A stretch of 64,000 bases of DNA from an uncultured Acidimicrobiales bacterium (GTDB lineage Bacteria; Actinomycetota; Acidimicrobiia; Acidimicrobiales; UBA10347), in NCBI GenBank assembly GCA_943788915.1, contig CALSSD010000006.1, positions 62,001 through 126,000 of the forward strand, written 5' to 3'. The notes under the pieces are model-generated. The model did no database searches and was not told the origin of the DNA. It saw only the letters and a list, made by a program, of their open reading frames with translations. Positions 1-10,213 of this stretch are shown here, in pieces. Within the stretch, counting starts at the first letter, position 1, and every line of letters starts with the position of its first letter. A program made the position numbers and the translations under genes.

Positions 1-2
1 TC

Positions 3-236
3 GATATCGCGGCAGAACTTGATCAGGCTGACCGTGCCCGCAAGGTGCGCTCCGGCGCCCGCGGCGAGGGTCATCGGGTCACAGCTGCGAGCCGTGCCGT
101 CAAGGGCCCAACTGTCACGGTGACAAAACGGCGCAACGAAGGTTCGACCGAATCGACTTCGAACAAAGGCGATGCAGCTGCCGAGCGAGCACCGCAGGGA
201 GAAGTCAAACCCCGTCCCCGCAAAAAGAAACGCTAG
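3..236 (+). CDS. 3' end of a gene entering from the left; probable SecF low-complexity C-terminal tail
   Basis: Open frame from window start ending PRPRKKKR; lies directly upstream of apt-relA, where secD-secF sit in actinobacteria. Identity is from synteny only. Confidence 0.45.
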   Translation, partial: DIAAELDQADRARKVRSGARGEGHRVTAASRAVKGPTVTVTKRRNEGSTESTSNKGDAAAERAPQGEVKPRPRKKKR

Positions 237-363
237 CCGGGGTCGGCCAGATTTGCCGCTGCGGACTTCATCGTGTCTGCGATGTGATCGTCGACGGTCC
301 CGCCACGTCCGGTTGCAGCGAAGCAAACCAGCTAATGCAACTACCCGGCGATAGTGTTTGGTG

Positions 364-894
364 ATGGATTGCGATGTCAGCTGGCTTCGAGAATTGGTCC
401 GCCAAGTACCGGACTTTCCCGAGCCCGGTATTCGGTTTGCCGACATTACACCTGTTCTGGCGAACGCAGACGCGCTGCGGTGCGCTGTTGAGTTGATCGC
501 CGACGAGTTCGTCGGCAAGGATGTCGACTTGATCGCTGGCGTCGACGCTCGCGGGTTCATTCTGGGAGCCCCAGTGGCATGCCGTCTCGGGTGTGGTTTC
601 GTGCCAATCCGGAAACCTTCCCGCCTACCTTTTAAGACCCATCGGGTCGATTACGCGCTCGAGTACGGCGCAGGCTCACTCGAGGTCCACCAGGACGCTG
701 CAGCACCCGGTCAGCGGGTTGTCATCATTGATGATGTGCTCGCGACCGGCGGCACCGCAATGGCATCGGCGGAATTGATTGAACTGACCGGAGCCACCGT
801 GGCTGCGTTTGGTTTTCTGGCATCGATCGATGGCCTTGATGGCGCCTCGTTGATCGCGGAGTACGAATCAGTCGTGGCGCTCGGAGCGCTGTAG
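364..894 (+). CDS. apt: adenine phosphoribosyltransferase
   Basis: VPDFPEPGIRFADIT, DARGF and PRPP-binding VVIIDDVLATGGT motifs; start could be 358, 361 or 364. Confidence 0.95.
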   Translation: MDCDVSWLRELVRQVPDFPEPGIRFADITPVLANADALRCAVELIADEFVGKDVDLIAGVDARGFILGAPVACRLGCGFVPIRKPSRLPFKTHRVDYALEYGAGSLEVHQDAAAPGQRVVIIDDVLATGGTAMASAELIELTGATVAAFGFLASIDGLDGASLIAEYESVVALGAL

Positions 895-918
895 ACGAAT
901 GAAGATCGGAGCCGGCTG

Positions 919-3134
919 ATGGTCCTTGTCGAACGTGTCGAGCCGTGGAATCGCGGCGTTGAGTCGGTCGAAGCATCGCTGGCCGCGCTCACCTCGATCC
1001 ATAAGAAGCACCATCCCGACGAGGATCCTGCTCCGATAACGAAAGCGTTCGACTGGGCCCACGACGCTCACGCCGGCCAGACCCGCAAGTCGGGCGAACC
1101 CTACATCTTGCACCCCGTCGAGGTGGCCACGATCGTGGCCGAACAGGGCCTCGATGCCTCGGCCATTGCTGCCGCCATCATGCACGATGCGGTCGAAGAC
1201 ACCGATGTCGGCCTCAGCGAGATCGAAGCCCAGTTTGGGGCCGACGTCGCCGCCATTATCGATGGTTGCACCAAGGTCGATCGCCTCGAGTTCCACTCGA
1301 AGGAACAACAACAAGCGGCGACGGTCCGCAAGCTGCTGGTCGCGGTCGCCAAAGACATCCGGGTCCTCATCATCAAGCTCGCGGATCGCCTGCACAACAT
1401 GCGCACGCTCGCGGTCTTGCCGGAGTGGAAGCAGCAGCGCACGGCCAGCGAGACGTTGCACGTGTTTGCCCCGCTCGCGCACCGTCTGGGCATGGAAGAG
1501 CTCAAGACCCAGCTCGAAGACCTGGCTTTCGCAGCGCTGCACCCCAAGTGGTACGCCGAGATCGACCATATGGTCGCCCAACGCGACCCTGAACGCGGGC
1601 TCTATCTGACCCAGTTCATGGGTGATGTCGAAGGCCGATTGGCCGAGGTCGGCATCACCGCCGACGTCTACGGCCGGAGCAAACACCTGTGGAGCATCTA
1701 CGAAAAGATGGTCGTCAAAGGGCCGCGAGTTCGACGACATCTATGACCTCGTTGGTGTGCGGGTGATCTGCAGTTCGGTGCGCGATTGTTATGGCGCCGT
1801 CGGTTCGATCCACGCGAACTGGCGGCCGGTGCAGGGGCGGTTCAAAGACTTCATCGCCATGCCCAAGTTCAACCTGTACCAGTCGTTGCACACCACAGTG
1901 GTTGGCCCCCAGGGCAAGATGGTTGAGTTCCAGGTCCGCACCGTTGAGATGGACGCCCGAGCCCAGCGGGGTATGGCCGCCCACTGGGCCTACAAGGACA
2001 GTTTGCCAAGCGGCGACATGGCGTGGCTCAGCCGCATCATTGGCCTGAGCGACGATGCGTCGGACCCCAGCGAGTTCATGGCGAACCTGCGGACCGACCT
2101 CGAACAAGAAGAACTCGCGGTCTTCAGTCCCAAGGGAGCGATCGTCACCCTGCCGGTTGGCGCCACACCCGTCGACTTTGCCTATGCCATCCACACCGAG
2201 ATCGGCAACGCCTGTGTGGGTGCAAGCGTCGACGGCGGCATGGTTGAGCCTCGACCATCGGCTGGCAACCGGCGACGTCGTCGAGATCTTCACCTCGAAA
2301 CTCGGCACCGCAGCGCCCAGCGAGGAGTGGTTGCGATTCGTAACCACAGCTCGTGCCCAGACAAACATCCGTCGCTGGCACAGTCGAGAGCGACATGAAG
2401 ACGAAATAGCAGGAGCACGCGACGACTTGGCGAACCAACTCCGTCGCAGTGGGCTGCCGGTACACGAGGTTATGCGTTCATCCACATTGACCGAAATTGC
2501 GGAAGAGATGGGGTACGTCGACCCTGAGGCTCTGTATTCAGCGATCGCAAATGGCCATGTGAATCCGAGCGCCGTGGTGACGCGTGCCAACACTCGTCTT
2601 CGGGGCGATGCCGACACGGTCGAAGAACGAGTGTCAACGACGGCGCTCGCTCCGCGGCCGAGCACGGGCGACCGGAAATCGGTTGGAGTACACATCGAAG
2701 GATTCGATGATGTCATGGTCCGGCTGGCCAAGTGCTGCAAACCGGTGCCACCCGACGACATCACCGGGTTCGTAACCCGCGGTCGTGGTGTTGCGGTGCA
2801 TCGAAGTGATTGTGTGAACGCCGTGCCCCACGATGCTGGCGCTCACGAGCGTGTTGTTGATGCTGAGTGGGACATCGACGGTGTTGGTTCCTTTGTCGCC
2901 ACCATCGAGATCCGCGCTCTAGATCGGGTGCACCTGCTTGTCGACGTAGCACAAGCAATGTCGGCGCAGCGAGTGAACATCATCGGCGTGGCAACCCGGA
3001 CTCGCGACGATCGCGTCGCCGTGATGCAATTCGACTTCGAGCTCAGCGATGCCGCTCAGATCCGCACCATCCTGCAGATTGTGCGCGATATCGACGGTGT
3101 CTATGAAGCGGACCGGGTGCTCCCTGAAGCCTGA
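919..3134 (+). CDS. relA: bifunctional (p)ppGpp synthetase/hydrolase, split by two +1 frameshifts (~1720 and ~2245)
   Basis: Three overlapping ORFs give in order the HD hydrolase (RKSGEPYILHP, HDAVED), synthetase (YQSLHTTV, EFQVRT), TGS (GATPVDFAYAIHT), CC (AKCCKPVP) and ACT domains. Confidence 0.93.
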
Positions 3135-3171
3135 CTGGGTTGTGGAAGCAGCCGCAGCTGCGCTGGAGGCG

Positions 3172-4114
3172 TCAAGATAGGTCAGGGACCGAGAACAGGT
3201 CGTCGTCCGCCTGTCGTTCCACATTGTGTCTCGCTACATTGACCTGGGCGCCGATCAGGATGCCTGAGGTCATCAGGTAGAGCCACAACAGCAGACCAAC
3301 ACTTCCACCAAGGATGCCGAGTACGTCGCTGCCGAAGGATGCGAGTGAACGAGCGGTGACCCATGACCCGCTTAGCCAGATGGCGACCGCGACAACAGCG
3401 CCCAACAGGTCGGTGAGAAACGGGGTCCGTTGCGCCGGGGACCCGTGAAGCAATGACAGGGCGAATCCGGTGAGGCCAAGAGTGATCAGCGGCCACATAC
3501 TGGCGGAGACGATGTCGCTCCATGGTTGGGGCAAGCCGAAGCCGGTCCGGCCAACATTGACGAGTACCAGCAAGGCCACGAGGGCCGGCACGGACAAGAT
3601 CGCGGCCACGAACCCAGCCACACGTGTCGTGACAAAGTTCCGCTTCTGGTCACGACCGGTGATGTGGTCGAGTCCACCAATGAGCGACGTGAAACCTCGT
3701 GACGATGCGTAGAGCGATGTCAGCAGACCGAATGTCAGTCCCTGACGTACTTGGTTCGGCGAACAATTCATCGATGGAATCAACCGCCTGGTTGCCGATG
3801 CCCAACAGGTCACGCACAAACCCGGTCATGGCAACCCGGGCATCGTCGGCGACGTGGAACCCGAACAGGCTGTCGACGTAACCGAGTGCCGAGGCAGAAA
3901 CCAGCAGCAACGGAGTGACGCTGAGAAGCGCCCAGAAGCTGACTTCGGCCGCGATACCCATGACTCGGTTCTGACGCACCAGCTGGATGGTCTCGACCAC
4001 AGTGTTGGCGGCCCAGCTGTCCTTGATGCTGCGGGGCACAAGCGCCCACGCTCCCCGAGCGAGCAAGATCACCGGCGCTATCACGAACGCACGGACGCGT
4101 GTGAACACACTCAT
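3172..4114 (-). CDS. YihY/virulence factor BrkB family membrane protein, one frameshift (~3741)
   Basis: N-part AAEVSFWALLSVTP joins C-part LYASSRGF...LLWLYLMTSGILIGAQVN if one G of the minus-strand TCAGGGACT is removed. Confidence 0.8.
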
Positions 4115-4292
4115 ATCGAGGTCCTCGCGTGCATCCACCGACCCGATGCTAGGACCAGAGCAGGACGCTCCGAGCTTCGTTCATGCCGATTGGGGTGGTT
4201 CAGCGTGTGATATCGGCCTGTATTCGAGCCGAAAACGACACGTCCGAGAAAGCCCGGCTGATCGGTCGGGCTGCCAGCTAGCATTTCAGGCC

Positions 4293-5555
4293 GTGGCGAA
4301 GCCAACTTTTAAGACCCCAAAAGGCACCCGAGATATTCTCCCTGGTGAGGCGGATCGCCAGCGCGCGCTCGTCAACACGTTTGGCGAAGCCGCCAGGCGT
4401 GCAGGGTATGGCCATGTCATGACGCCGATGTTCGAGGACCTGGGCGTCTTCAAGCGACTCGGCGAGGCAACCGATGTCGTCACGAAGGAGATGTACGACT
4501 TCGAAGCGAAGGACGGCAAGCGGTACGCGTTGCGTCCAGAGTTGACCGCCTCGGTGGTTCGTGCGTTTGTGCAACACCGCCCGCTGATCCCGTGGAAGGT
4601 CTGGTACGAAGGCCCCCAGTTCCGTTATGAGCGGCCCCAAGCAGGTCGTTATCGCCAGTTCAGCCAGGTAGGCGTCGAAGCGCTTGGCACCGATGACCCA
4701 GCGATCGACGCAGAAATCATCGCACTCGCATGGGACTTCTACGCCACCCTTGGACTGCGTCAAGTCACGCTCATGCTTAACAGCCTGGGCGATGCCACCT
4801 GTCGCCCCGCGTATCTCGATGCTCTCACGGCCTACTTCAATGACAACCTGTCGTTGTTGTCTGAGCAGTCGCAGTACACCCTCCAAGTCAATCCGCTTCG
4901 TGTGCTTGACTCGAAGCGCCCTGAAGACCAGGCAGTCATCGATGCTGCGCCGATCATGGTCGACTTCTTGAGCCCAGAGACTGGCGAACACTTCGCTGGC
5001 GTTCGGCGAGTGCTCGACCGGCTTGAAATCCCGTACGACATCTCGCCCCGGCTCGTGCGTGGACTTGACTACTACACCCGCACAACGTTCGAGTTCACCT
5101 CGACCGCATTACAAGGGTCGCAGAACGCCATCGGTGGCGGCGGTCGCTACGACGGCCTGGCCGCTGACCTGGGCGGACCGGCTACCCCAGGTATTGGTTT
5201 TGCACTTGGCGTGGATCGCATACTGATCGCCTGCGACGAAGAAGGCGTGTTTGGCGCCCCAAGCTCGTTGGTCGACGTATTCATCATCGATGTGACCGGA
5301 GGCGACGAAGCCGCGGTCATAGGTAGCCAGCTCCAAACGGCCGGGATTGCCACTGATCGGGCCTACGATGCTCGGTCGATGCGAGCCCAGTTCAAGGTCG
5401 CCGATAAGAGCGGCGCTCCGATCGCCATCGTGATCGGCGAGGACGAACTCGCCGCGGGCACCGTACAAATTCGCACCCTGCAAGGGGAAGAACGCGAGCA
5501 GACCTCGGTCGCTCGCACCACACTGATCGAAGAACTCAAGAAGAGACTGACATGA
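4293..5555 (+). CDS. hisS: histidine--tRNA ligase
   Basis: PKGTRD, LRPELTAS, FRYERPQAGRYRQF, LVRGLDYY, GGGRYDGL motifs; GTG start at 4293. Confidence 0.97.
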   Translation: MAKPTFKTPKGTRDILPGEADRQRALVNTFGEAARRAGYGHVMTPMFEDLGVFKRLGEATDVVTKEMYDFEAKDGKRYALRPELTASVVRAFVQHRPLIPWKVWYEGPQFRYERPQAGRYRQFSQVGVEALGTDDPAIDAEIIALAWDFYATLGLRQVTLMLNSLGDATCRPAYLDALTAYFNDNLSLLSEQSQYTLQVNPLRVLDSKRPEDQAVIDAAPIMVDFLSPETGEHFAGVRRVLDRLEIPYDISPRLVRGLDYYTRTTFEFTSTALQGSQNAIGGGGRYDGLAADLGGPATPGIGFALGVDRILIACDEEGVFGAPSSLVDVFIIDVTGGDEAAVIGSQLQTAGIATDRAYDARSMRAQFKVADKSGAPIAIVIGEDELAAGTVQIRTLQGEEREQTSVARTTLIEELKKRLT

Positions 5556-7405
5556 GCGACGAAGAGACACCAGTACCCACCGAAGCTGAATACGCCGAAG
5601 GCGCCGACGAATACGGCGAGTACGACGACGACGGCTACGACGACGGCGGCGTTGACATGGCTGGCGCCCGAGGCATGCGCAGCGACTACTGCGGCGAGCT
5701 GACCCGCGATGATGTCGACCGCGAAGTCACCCTGTGCGGCTGGGTAGACAACCGTCGCGAACATGGCGAGAAGCTGGCCTTCATCGACCTCCGCGACCAC
5801 ACCGGCATCATCCAATGTGTCGTAGATGAGAAGCACGACCTGCGCCGTGAATACGTTGTGCGCGTCACCGGCACTGTTGTCGGCCGCCCCGAAGGCATGG
5901 AGAACCCGTTCCTTGCCACGGGAGCGATCGACGTGCAGAACTGCACGGTCGAGGTTTTGAACAAGGCCGAGACGCCGCCGTTCATGCTGAATAGCCGCCA
6001 AGACATCGACGAGACGCTTCGGCTGAAGCACCGTTATCTCGACATGCGCCGCGAGCGTATGCAGCGCAACCTGCGGTACCGCTCGGTTGTGCAGAGCGCA
6101 GTGCGTGGCGCCATGGAAGACCAGGGTTTCACCGAGATCGAAACACCACTGCTGATTGCCTCGACGCCAGAAGGTGCGCGTGACTTCGTCGTGCCGAGTC
6201 GTCAGCAGCCGGGCACGTTCTACGCTCTGCCACAGAGCCCCCAGATCTTTAAGCAGCTGTGCATGGTCGGCGGCATGGACCGTTATTACCAGATCGCCAA
6301 ATGCCTCCGCGACGAGGATCTTCGTGCCGACCGCCAGTTCGAGTTCGCGCAGCTCGATGCCGAAGCCAGCTTCGTAGGCCAAGACGAAGTCATCGAGTTC
6401 ATCAGCTATGCGATTGCAGCCGCCACTGATGCCGTTCGGGGCGTGTGGCCCGAAGAGATCCCGCAAATGACCTACGCCGATGCCATGGAGTACTACGGCA
6501 GCGACAAACCAGATATCCGTTTTGGCATGACACTGGTTGAACTCACCCCGTTGTTCGAAGGCACCGAAGCCAACGTCTTCAAGACCGAGTGCGTGAAGGG
6601 CATCGTGGCCAAGGGTGGCGCCGAAGAAATCGGCCGCAACCGCATCGACGAACTCACCGAGATGTGCAAAAAATGGGGCGCAAAGGGACTGGCATGGTTC
6701 CGTGTTGGCGAAGGTCTTGCACTCGACGGTGGTCTCACCAAGTTCATGAGCGCCGACGAATTGTCCGGCCTGCCGCAAATGCTCGAAGCCGAAGAGGGCG
6801 ACCTCATCCTGTTGCAGTCGGGCGACCGCCGTTCGGTCAACGACGTGCTCGGCCGCTTGCGCCTCGAACTAGGTCAGCCTCCGGTAGACGAAGGCCTCGC
6901 CTTCGTCTGGGTTGTTGACTTCCCGATGTTCGAGACCATCAACGACAACGGCGACCCTGTCGCCATGCATCACCCGTTTACCATGCCGCACCCCGACGAT
7001 GTCGACTATCTGGTTCGCAAGGGCGGCGAGTCCATGCTCAAGATCCGCTCACAGGCCTACGACCTGGTGCTCAACGGCTGGGAACTTGGTTCGGGAAGTG
7101 TGCGAATCCACGACCCTGAGATCCAGGCGCGAGTGTTCGCTGCTCTGGGCTTCACCGACGAAGAAGCCCGGGAGAAGTTTGGCTTCCTGCTCGACGCCTT
7201 TAGCTACGGAGCGCCACCACATGCTGGTTTTGCCTTCGGTATCGACCGCCTGACTGCGCTTTTGCTGGGCGAGACCAACATCCGTGAAGTTATTGCCTTC
7301 CCCAAGACACAGTCGGGCAGCGACCCACTCACGAATGCACCAACACCAATCTCTGACCAACATCTCGATGATCTCGGTCTCCGGGTGCTCCCACCTGCAG
7401 AATGA
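5552..7405 (+). CDS. aspS: aspartate--tRNA ligase, probably non-discriminating (Asp/Asn)
   Basis: FIDLRD, TPEGARDF, LPQSPQIFKQ, DEDLRADRQ, GAPPHAG, FPKT; His in RREHG is typical of non-discriminating AspRS. Confidence 0.96.
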   Translation: MSDEETPVPTEAEYAEGADEYGEYDDDGYDDGGVDMAGARGMRSDYCGELTRDDVDREVTLCGWVDNRREHGEKLAFIDLRDHTGIIQCVVDEKHDLRREYVVRVTGTVVGRPEGMENPFLATGAIDVQNCTVEVLNKAETPPFMLNSRQDIDETLRLKHRYLDMRRERMQRNLRYRSVVQSAVRGAMEDQGFTEIETPLLIASTPEGARDFVVPSRQQPGTFYALPQSPQIFKQLCMVGGMDRYYQIAKCLRDEDLRADRQFEFAQLDAEASFVGQDEVIEFISYAIAAATDAVRGVWPEEIPQMTYADAMEYYGSDKPDIRFGMTLVELTPLFEGTEANVFKTECVKGIVAKGGAEEIGRNRIDELTEMCKKWGAKGLAWFRVGEGLALDGGLTKFMSADELSGLPQMLEAEEGDLILLQSGDRRSVNDVLGRLRLELGQPPVDEGLAFVWVVDFPMFETINDNGDPVAMHHPFTMPHPDDVDYLVRKGGESMLKIRSQAYDLVLNGWELGSGSVRIHDPEIQARVFAALGFTDEEAREKFGFLLDAFSYGAPPHAGFAFGIDRLTALLLGETNIREVIAFPKTQSGSDPLTNAPTPISDQHLDDLGLRVLPPAE

Positions 7406-7421
7406 CAACAAACGCCCGTGA

Positions 7422-7453
7422 TGACCTCGCCTGCTGTGGGTACGGCGAGGTCA
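7422..7453 (+). terminator. GC-rich hairpin downstream of aspS
   Basis: TGACCTCGCC / GGCGAGGTCA 10-bp inverted repeat; no U-tract. Confidence 0.45.
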
Positions 7454-7493
7454 CACAATGGGGGCGGGTAGAAGTGGGGACCGAGGCACACGG

Positions 7494-7751
7494 ATGAATT
7501 GTTCGAAGTGTGGGTCGCCTATGGAACAGGGCCGGGTCGAGGTGCATAACTCGCCTGGGACCATCTTGTTCAAGACCTGGTCCCTGCAGGACCTGTATTG
7601 GTATGACAAGAAACGCTCGCGTTCGTCTCGACGGCGCATCATCGATGCGAACAGCGGGCGCACCGCATATGGCTGTAAACCGTGCGGCTTGGTAACGGTC
7701 GACACAACGGCAGAGCTCGAACCACGAGGCCGTAAGCGCCGAGGCGACTGA
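7494..7751 (+). CDS. small zinc-ribbon-like protein (DUF6487-like)
   Basis: MNCSKCGSPMEQG ... AYGCKPCG, two CxxC pairs. Confidence 0.65.
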   Translation: MNCSKCGSPMEQGRVEVHNSPGTILFKTWSLQDLYWYDKKRSRSSRRRIIDANSGRTAYGCKPCGLVTVDTTAELEPRGRKRRGD

Positions 7752-7796
7752 GCGTCGCTCCCATCGGCCACACTGGGCAGGGGAGAACAACAAGCC

Positions 7797-9119
7797 ATGA
7801 GTGATGACCTGTTTGCAGCAGCAGCCGAACAACGACTTGAACGTCGCCAGCCGCTCGCGTCTCGCATGCGGCCGATCCGGCTCGACGACATCGTTGGCCA
7901 GAAACATCTGCTCGGCCAAGGCAAACCACTCCGCCGCCTGATCGAGGCCGACCGGCTCTCATCGGTCGTGTTGTGGGGTCCAGCCGGCACCGGCAAGACC
8001 ACACTCGCCCGGGTCGTCGCTCGTTCAACCGCCAAGTCATTCGTGCAGCTCAGCGCAGTCACGGCCACCGTCAAGGATGTTCGCGAGGAGATAGCCAAGG
8101 CTCGGCAACGACTTGGCGAACGGGAGCAGGCCACCATCCTGTTTCTCGACGAAGTCCATCGCTTCAACAAGGCGCAACAAGATTCGCTGTTACCCGCAGT
8201 CGAGAGCGGCCTCATCGTGTTGATCGGAGCTACGACCGAGAACCCGTACTTCGAGGTCAATGCGCCACTGCTGTCCCGGTCCACACTCTTCCGGCTTGAG
8301 CCGCTCGGCAACGAGGCAATCGAGCAGTTGCTGCGCCGAGGCCTCGACGTCGAAAAAGCAACAGCTACCGACGAGGCCGTCGATCACCTTGTCGCTCGAG
8401 TCGGCGGCGACGGTCGCCAGGCCCTGACTGCACTCGAAGTTGCCGTCGCCCTTGCCGAAGGCCGTGCTGGCGAGGGTGCACCCATCGTCGTTGAGCTCGA
8501 AGACGCCGAAGCCGCGCTCGATGTCAAGGCGTTCCGGTACGGTCGAGACGAGCACTACGACACGATCTCGGCCTTCATCAAGAGCATCCGGGGGAGTGAC
8601 CCCGATGCTGCGGTCTATTGGTTGGCCCGCATGCTCGAAGCCGGCGAAGACGCCCGGTTCATTGCCCGGCGGCTCATGGTGCACGCGAGCGAAGACATCG
8701 GTATGGCTGATAGCCAAGCACTTCTTGTAGCTGCGGCTGCTGCCCAAGCCGTCGAGTTCGTTGGGCTGCCCGAGGCCAGAATCAATCTGGCTCACGCCAC
8801 GGTGTACTTGGCGACCGCACCGAAGTCGAACCGTGCGTACATGTCCATCAACAAGGCGCAAGAGGCAGCTCGCACGGCCGGGGGAGAGGTCGGCACCCAC
8901 TTGCGGGATTCCCATTACAAGGGCGCTGCTTCGCTCGGTCATGGCGAGGGGTATCGCTACCCCCACGACGACCCCCGTGGTTGGGTGCCTCAGGAGTACC
9001 TGCCACCAGAGGTTGTGGGGCAGACGTTCTACGAACCGACCCGCCTGGGCGCCGAAGCCGACGTCGCCGATCGGTTGGCGCAGCAACAACGGTGGCGCGA
9101 CGAGGCCGGCAGTTCCTAA
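7797..9119 (+). CDS. rarA: replication-associated recombination protein A (MgsA/RarA AAA+ ATPase)
   Basis: PLASRMRP, GPAGTGKTT, DEVHRFNKAQQD, GATTENP, SAFIKSIRGSDPDAA. Confidence 0.95.
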   Translation: MSDDLFAAAAEQRLERRQPLASRMRPIRLDDIVGQKHLLGQGKPLRRLIEADRLSSVVLWGPAGTGKTTLARVVARSTAKSFVQLSAVTATVKDVREEIAKARQRLGEREQATILFLDEVHRFNKAQQDSLLPAVESGLIVLIGATTENPYFEVNAPLLSRSTLFRLEPLGNEAIEQLLRRGLDVEKATATDEAVDHLVARVGGDGRQALTALEVAVALAEGRAGEGAPIVVELEDAEAALDVKAFRYGRDEHYDTISAFIKSIRGSDPDAAVYWLARMLEAGEDARFIARRLMVHASEDIGMADSQALLVAAAAAQAVEFVGLPEARINLAHATVYLATAPKSNRAYMSINKAQEAARTAGGEVGTHLRDSHYKGAASLGHGEGYRYPHDDPRGWVPQEYLPPEVVGQTFYEPTRLGAEADVADRLAQQQRWRDEAGSS

Positions 9120-9179
9120 CAACCTGCAGCCGTCGTCAAATCCGCACGTGGCGGTGGAGTTATGTGACACCATGCGCCG

Positions 9180-9719
9180 ATGGAAGACGTGACTATCCGC
9201 GTGATGCGACCCGATGAGTTCGACGAAATGCGCCAGGTCTCGGTCGCGGCCTTCGACGAACCAGCCATTGGCACGCTGCTTGATGCGCTTCGGTCATGTT
9301 GGGCGTGGGACGACGAACTGTGTTTTGTGGCAACCCTCAACGATGAGATCGTGGGCCAGGTCCTCTACACCCAATCGATTCTTGATGCTCCCAAGGCTCT
9401 TGAGCGTGTGCTCGTACTCAGTCCCGTCGGGATACGGCCCGACCTACAGGGCCAAGGCATCGGAACCACATTGATTACCGAATCGCTGGTGGCCGTGGCC
9501 GAACGGCCAGAGCCTGCCATCTTTCTCGAAGGTAATCCCCGGTATTACCAACGGTTTGGTTTTGTGGCCGCTGGCGACTTGGGCTTTCGGAAACCGTCGC
9601 TGCGCATCCCCGATGCAGCCTTCCAAGTCCGACCGCAACCGTCGTGGTCCAACGAACTTGCTGGCACCTTGGTGTACCAGGACGCGTTCTGGCTCACCGA
9701 CTCGGTCGGGCTGCGTTAA
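9180..9719 (+). CDS. GNAT family N-acetyltransferase (YhbS-like)
   Basis: PDLQGQGIGTTLI acetyl-CoA motif, GNPRYYQRFGF. Confidence 0.88.
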   Translation: MEDVTIRVMRPDEFDEMRQVSVAAFDEPAIGTLLDALRSCWAWDDELCFVATLNDEIVGQVLYTQSILDAPKALERVLVLSPVGIRPDLQGQGIGTTLITESLVAVAERPEPAIFLEGNPRYYQRFGFVAAGDLGFRKPSLRIPDAAFQVRPQPSWSNELAGTLVYQDAFWLTDSVGLR

Positions 9720-9823
9720 CCACCCACACATAACCGCCGTAACCAGCAGCCATCAGCAGTTATCGGCAGTTATCTGGTCTATGCGGTCACCGGGCGTGTT
9801 CGGTTCGCTAGTGTCAGGGTGTT

Positions 9824-10048
9824 GTGTTTAAGCGATTGATCTGGTTCAGCAGCGGTGCCGTGAGCGGTGCTGCAGGAGGGTGGTACGTCAAACGACGTAT
9901 CCACCAGAAGCTACGACGGTTCACACCTGGCGGCGCCCGAGAACAGGCGGTGGCCCGAGCCAAACGCACAACCGCCGACGCAAAGATTGCACTCGCTGAA
10001 GCCCGTCGGTTGGCAGTCGACTTCAAGAAACAGAAGAGCTCCAGCTAA
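9824..10048 (+). CDS. small membrane-anchored basic protein (DUF6167-like)
   Basis: MFKRLIWFSSGAVSGAAGGWYVKRR resembles the small gene found between rarA and alaS in actinobacteria. Confidence 0.6.
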   Translation: MFKRLIWFSSGAVSGAAGGWYVKRRIHQKLRRFTPGGAREQAVARAKRTTADAKIALAEARRLAVDFKKQKSSS

Positions 10049-10213
10049 TTATCGGGGTGCTGCCGCTGCTGTTGCCACGAGTCCGGCACCCCCAAGCGTC
10101 GCGAGTCCGCTGGCAAGTAGCCACCCCCCATCGACGGCGAAATCGCCAGTGGCGACGGCGATCGTTCCCACCGCAACAATGATCACGCCGATCATGCCGG
10201 AGATAAGGCGCAT
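10049..10213 (-). CDS. 54-aa two-helix membrane protein of the psp module (not in ORF track)
   Basis: ATG overlaps the pspC stop (TGATG); MRLISGMIGVIIVAVGTIAVATGDFAVDGGWLLASGLATLGGAGLVATAAAAPR. Confidence 0.7.
   Translation of the reverse strand: MRLISGMIGVIIVAVGTIAVATGDFAVDGGWLLASGLATLGGAGLVATAAAAPR

Noticed and set aside
1712..1730. Programmed frameshift in relA at AAAGGGC
   Set aside because: The required shift is +1, the heptamer is not in the phase used for -1 slippage, and two more single-base insertions nearby point to sequencing error
3987..4292. Long N-terminal extensions given by the ORF track for hisS (also alaS from 15355 and rhomboid from 35291)
   Set aside because: They overlap neighbouring opposite-strand genes, and family similarity begins at the later starts
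5363..6778. Long antisense ORFs (this one, 868-1740, 1715-2764, 8190-9173, 45441-46481 and similar)
   Set aside because: Shadows of well-supported sense genes, expected from GC-rich codon bias; no recognisable motifs
7406..7796. 6S RNA at the aspS-rarA position used in Firmicutes
   Set aside because: The interval is filled by one hairpin and a credible CxxC protein gene
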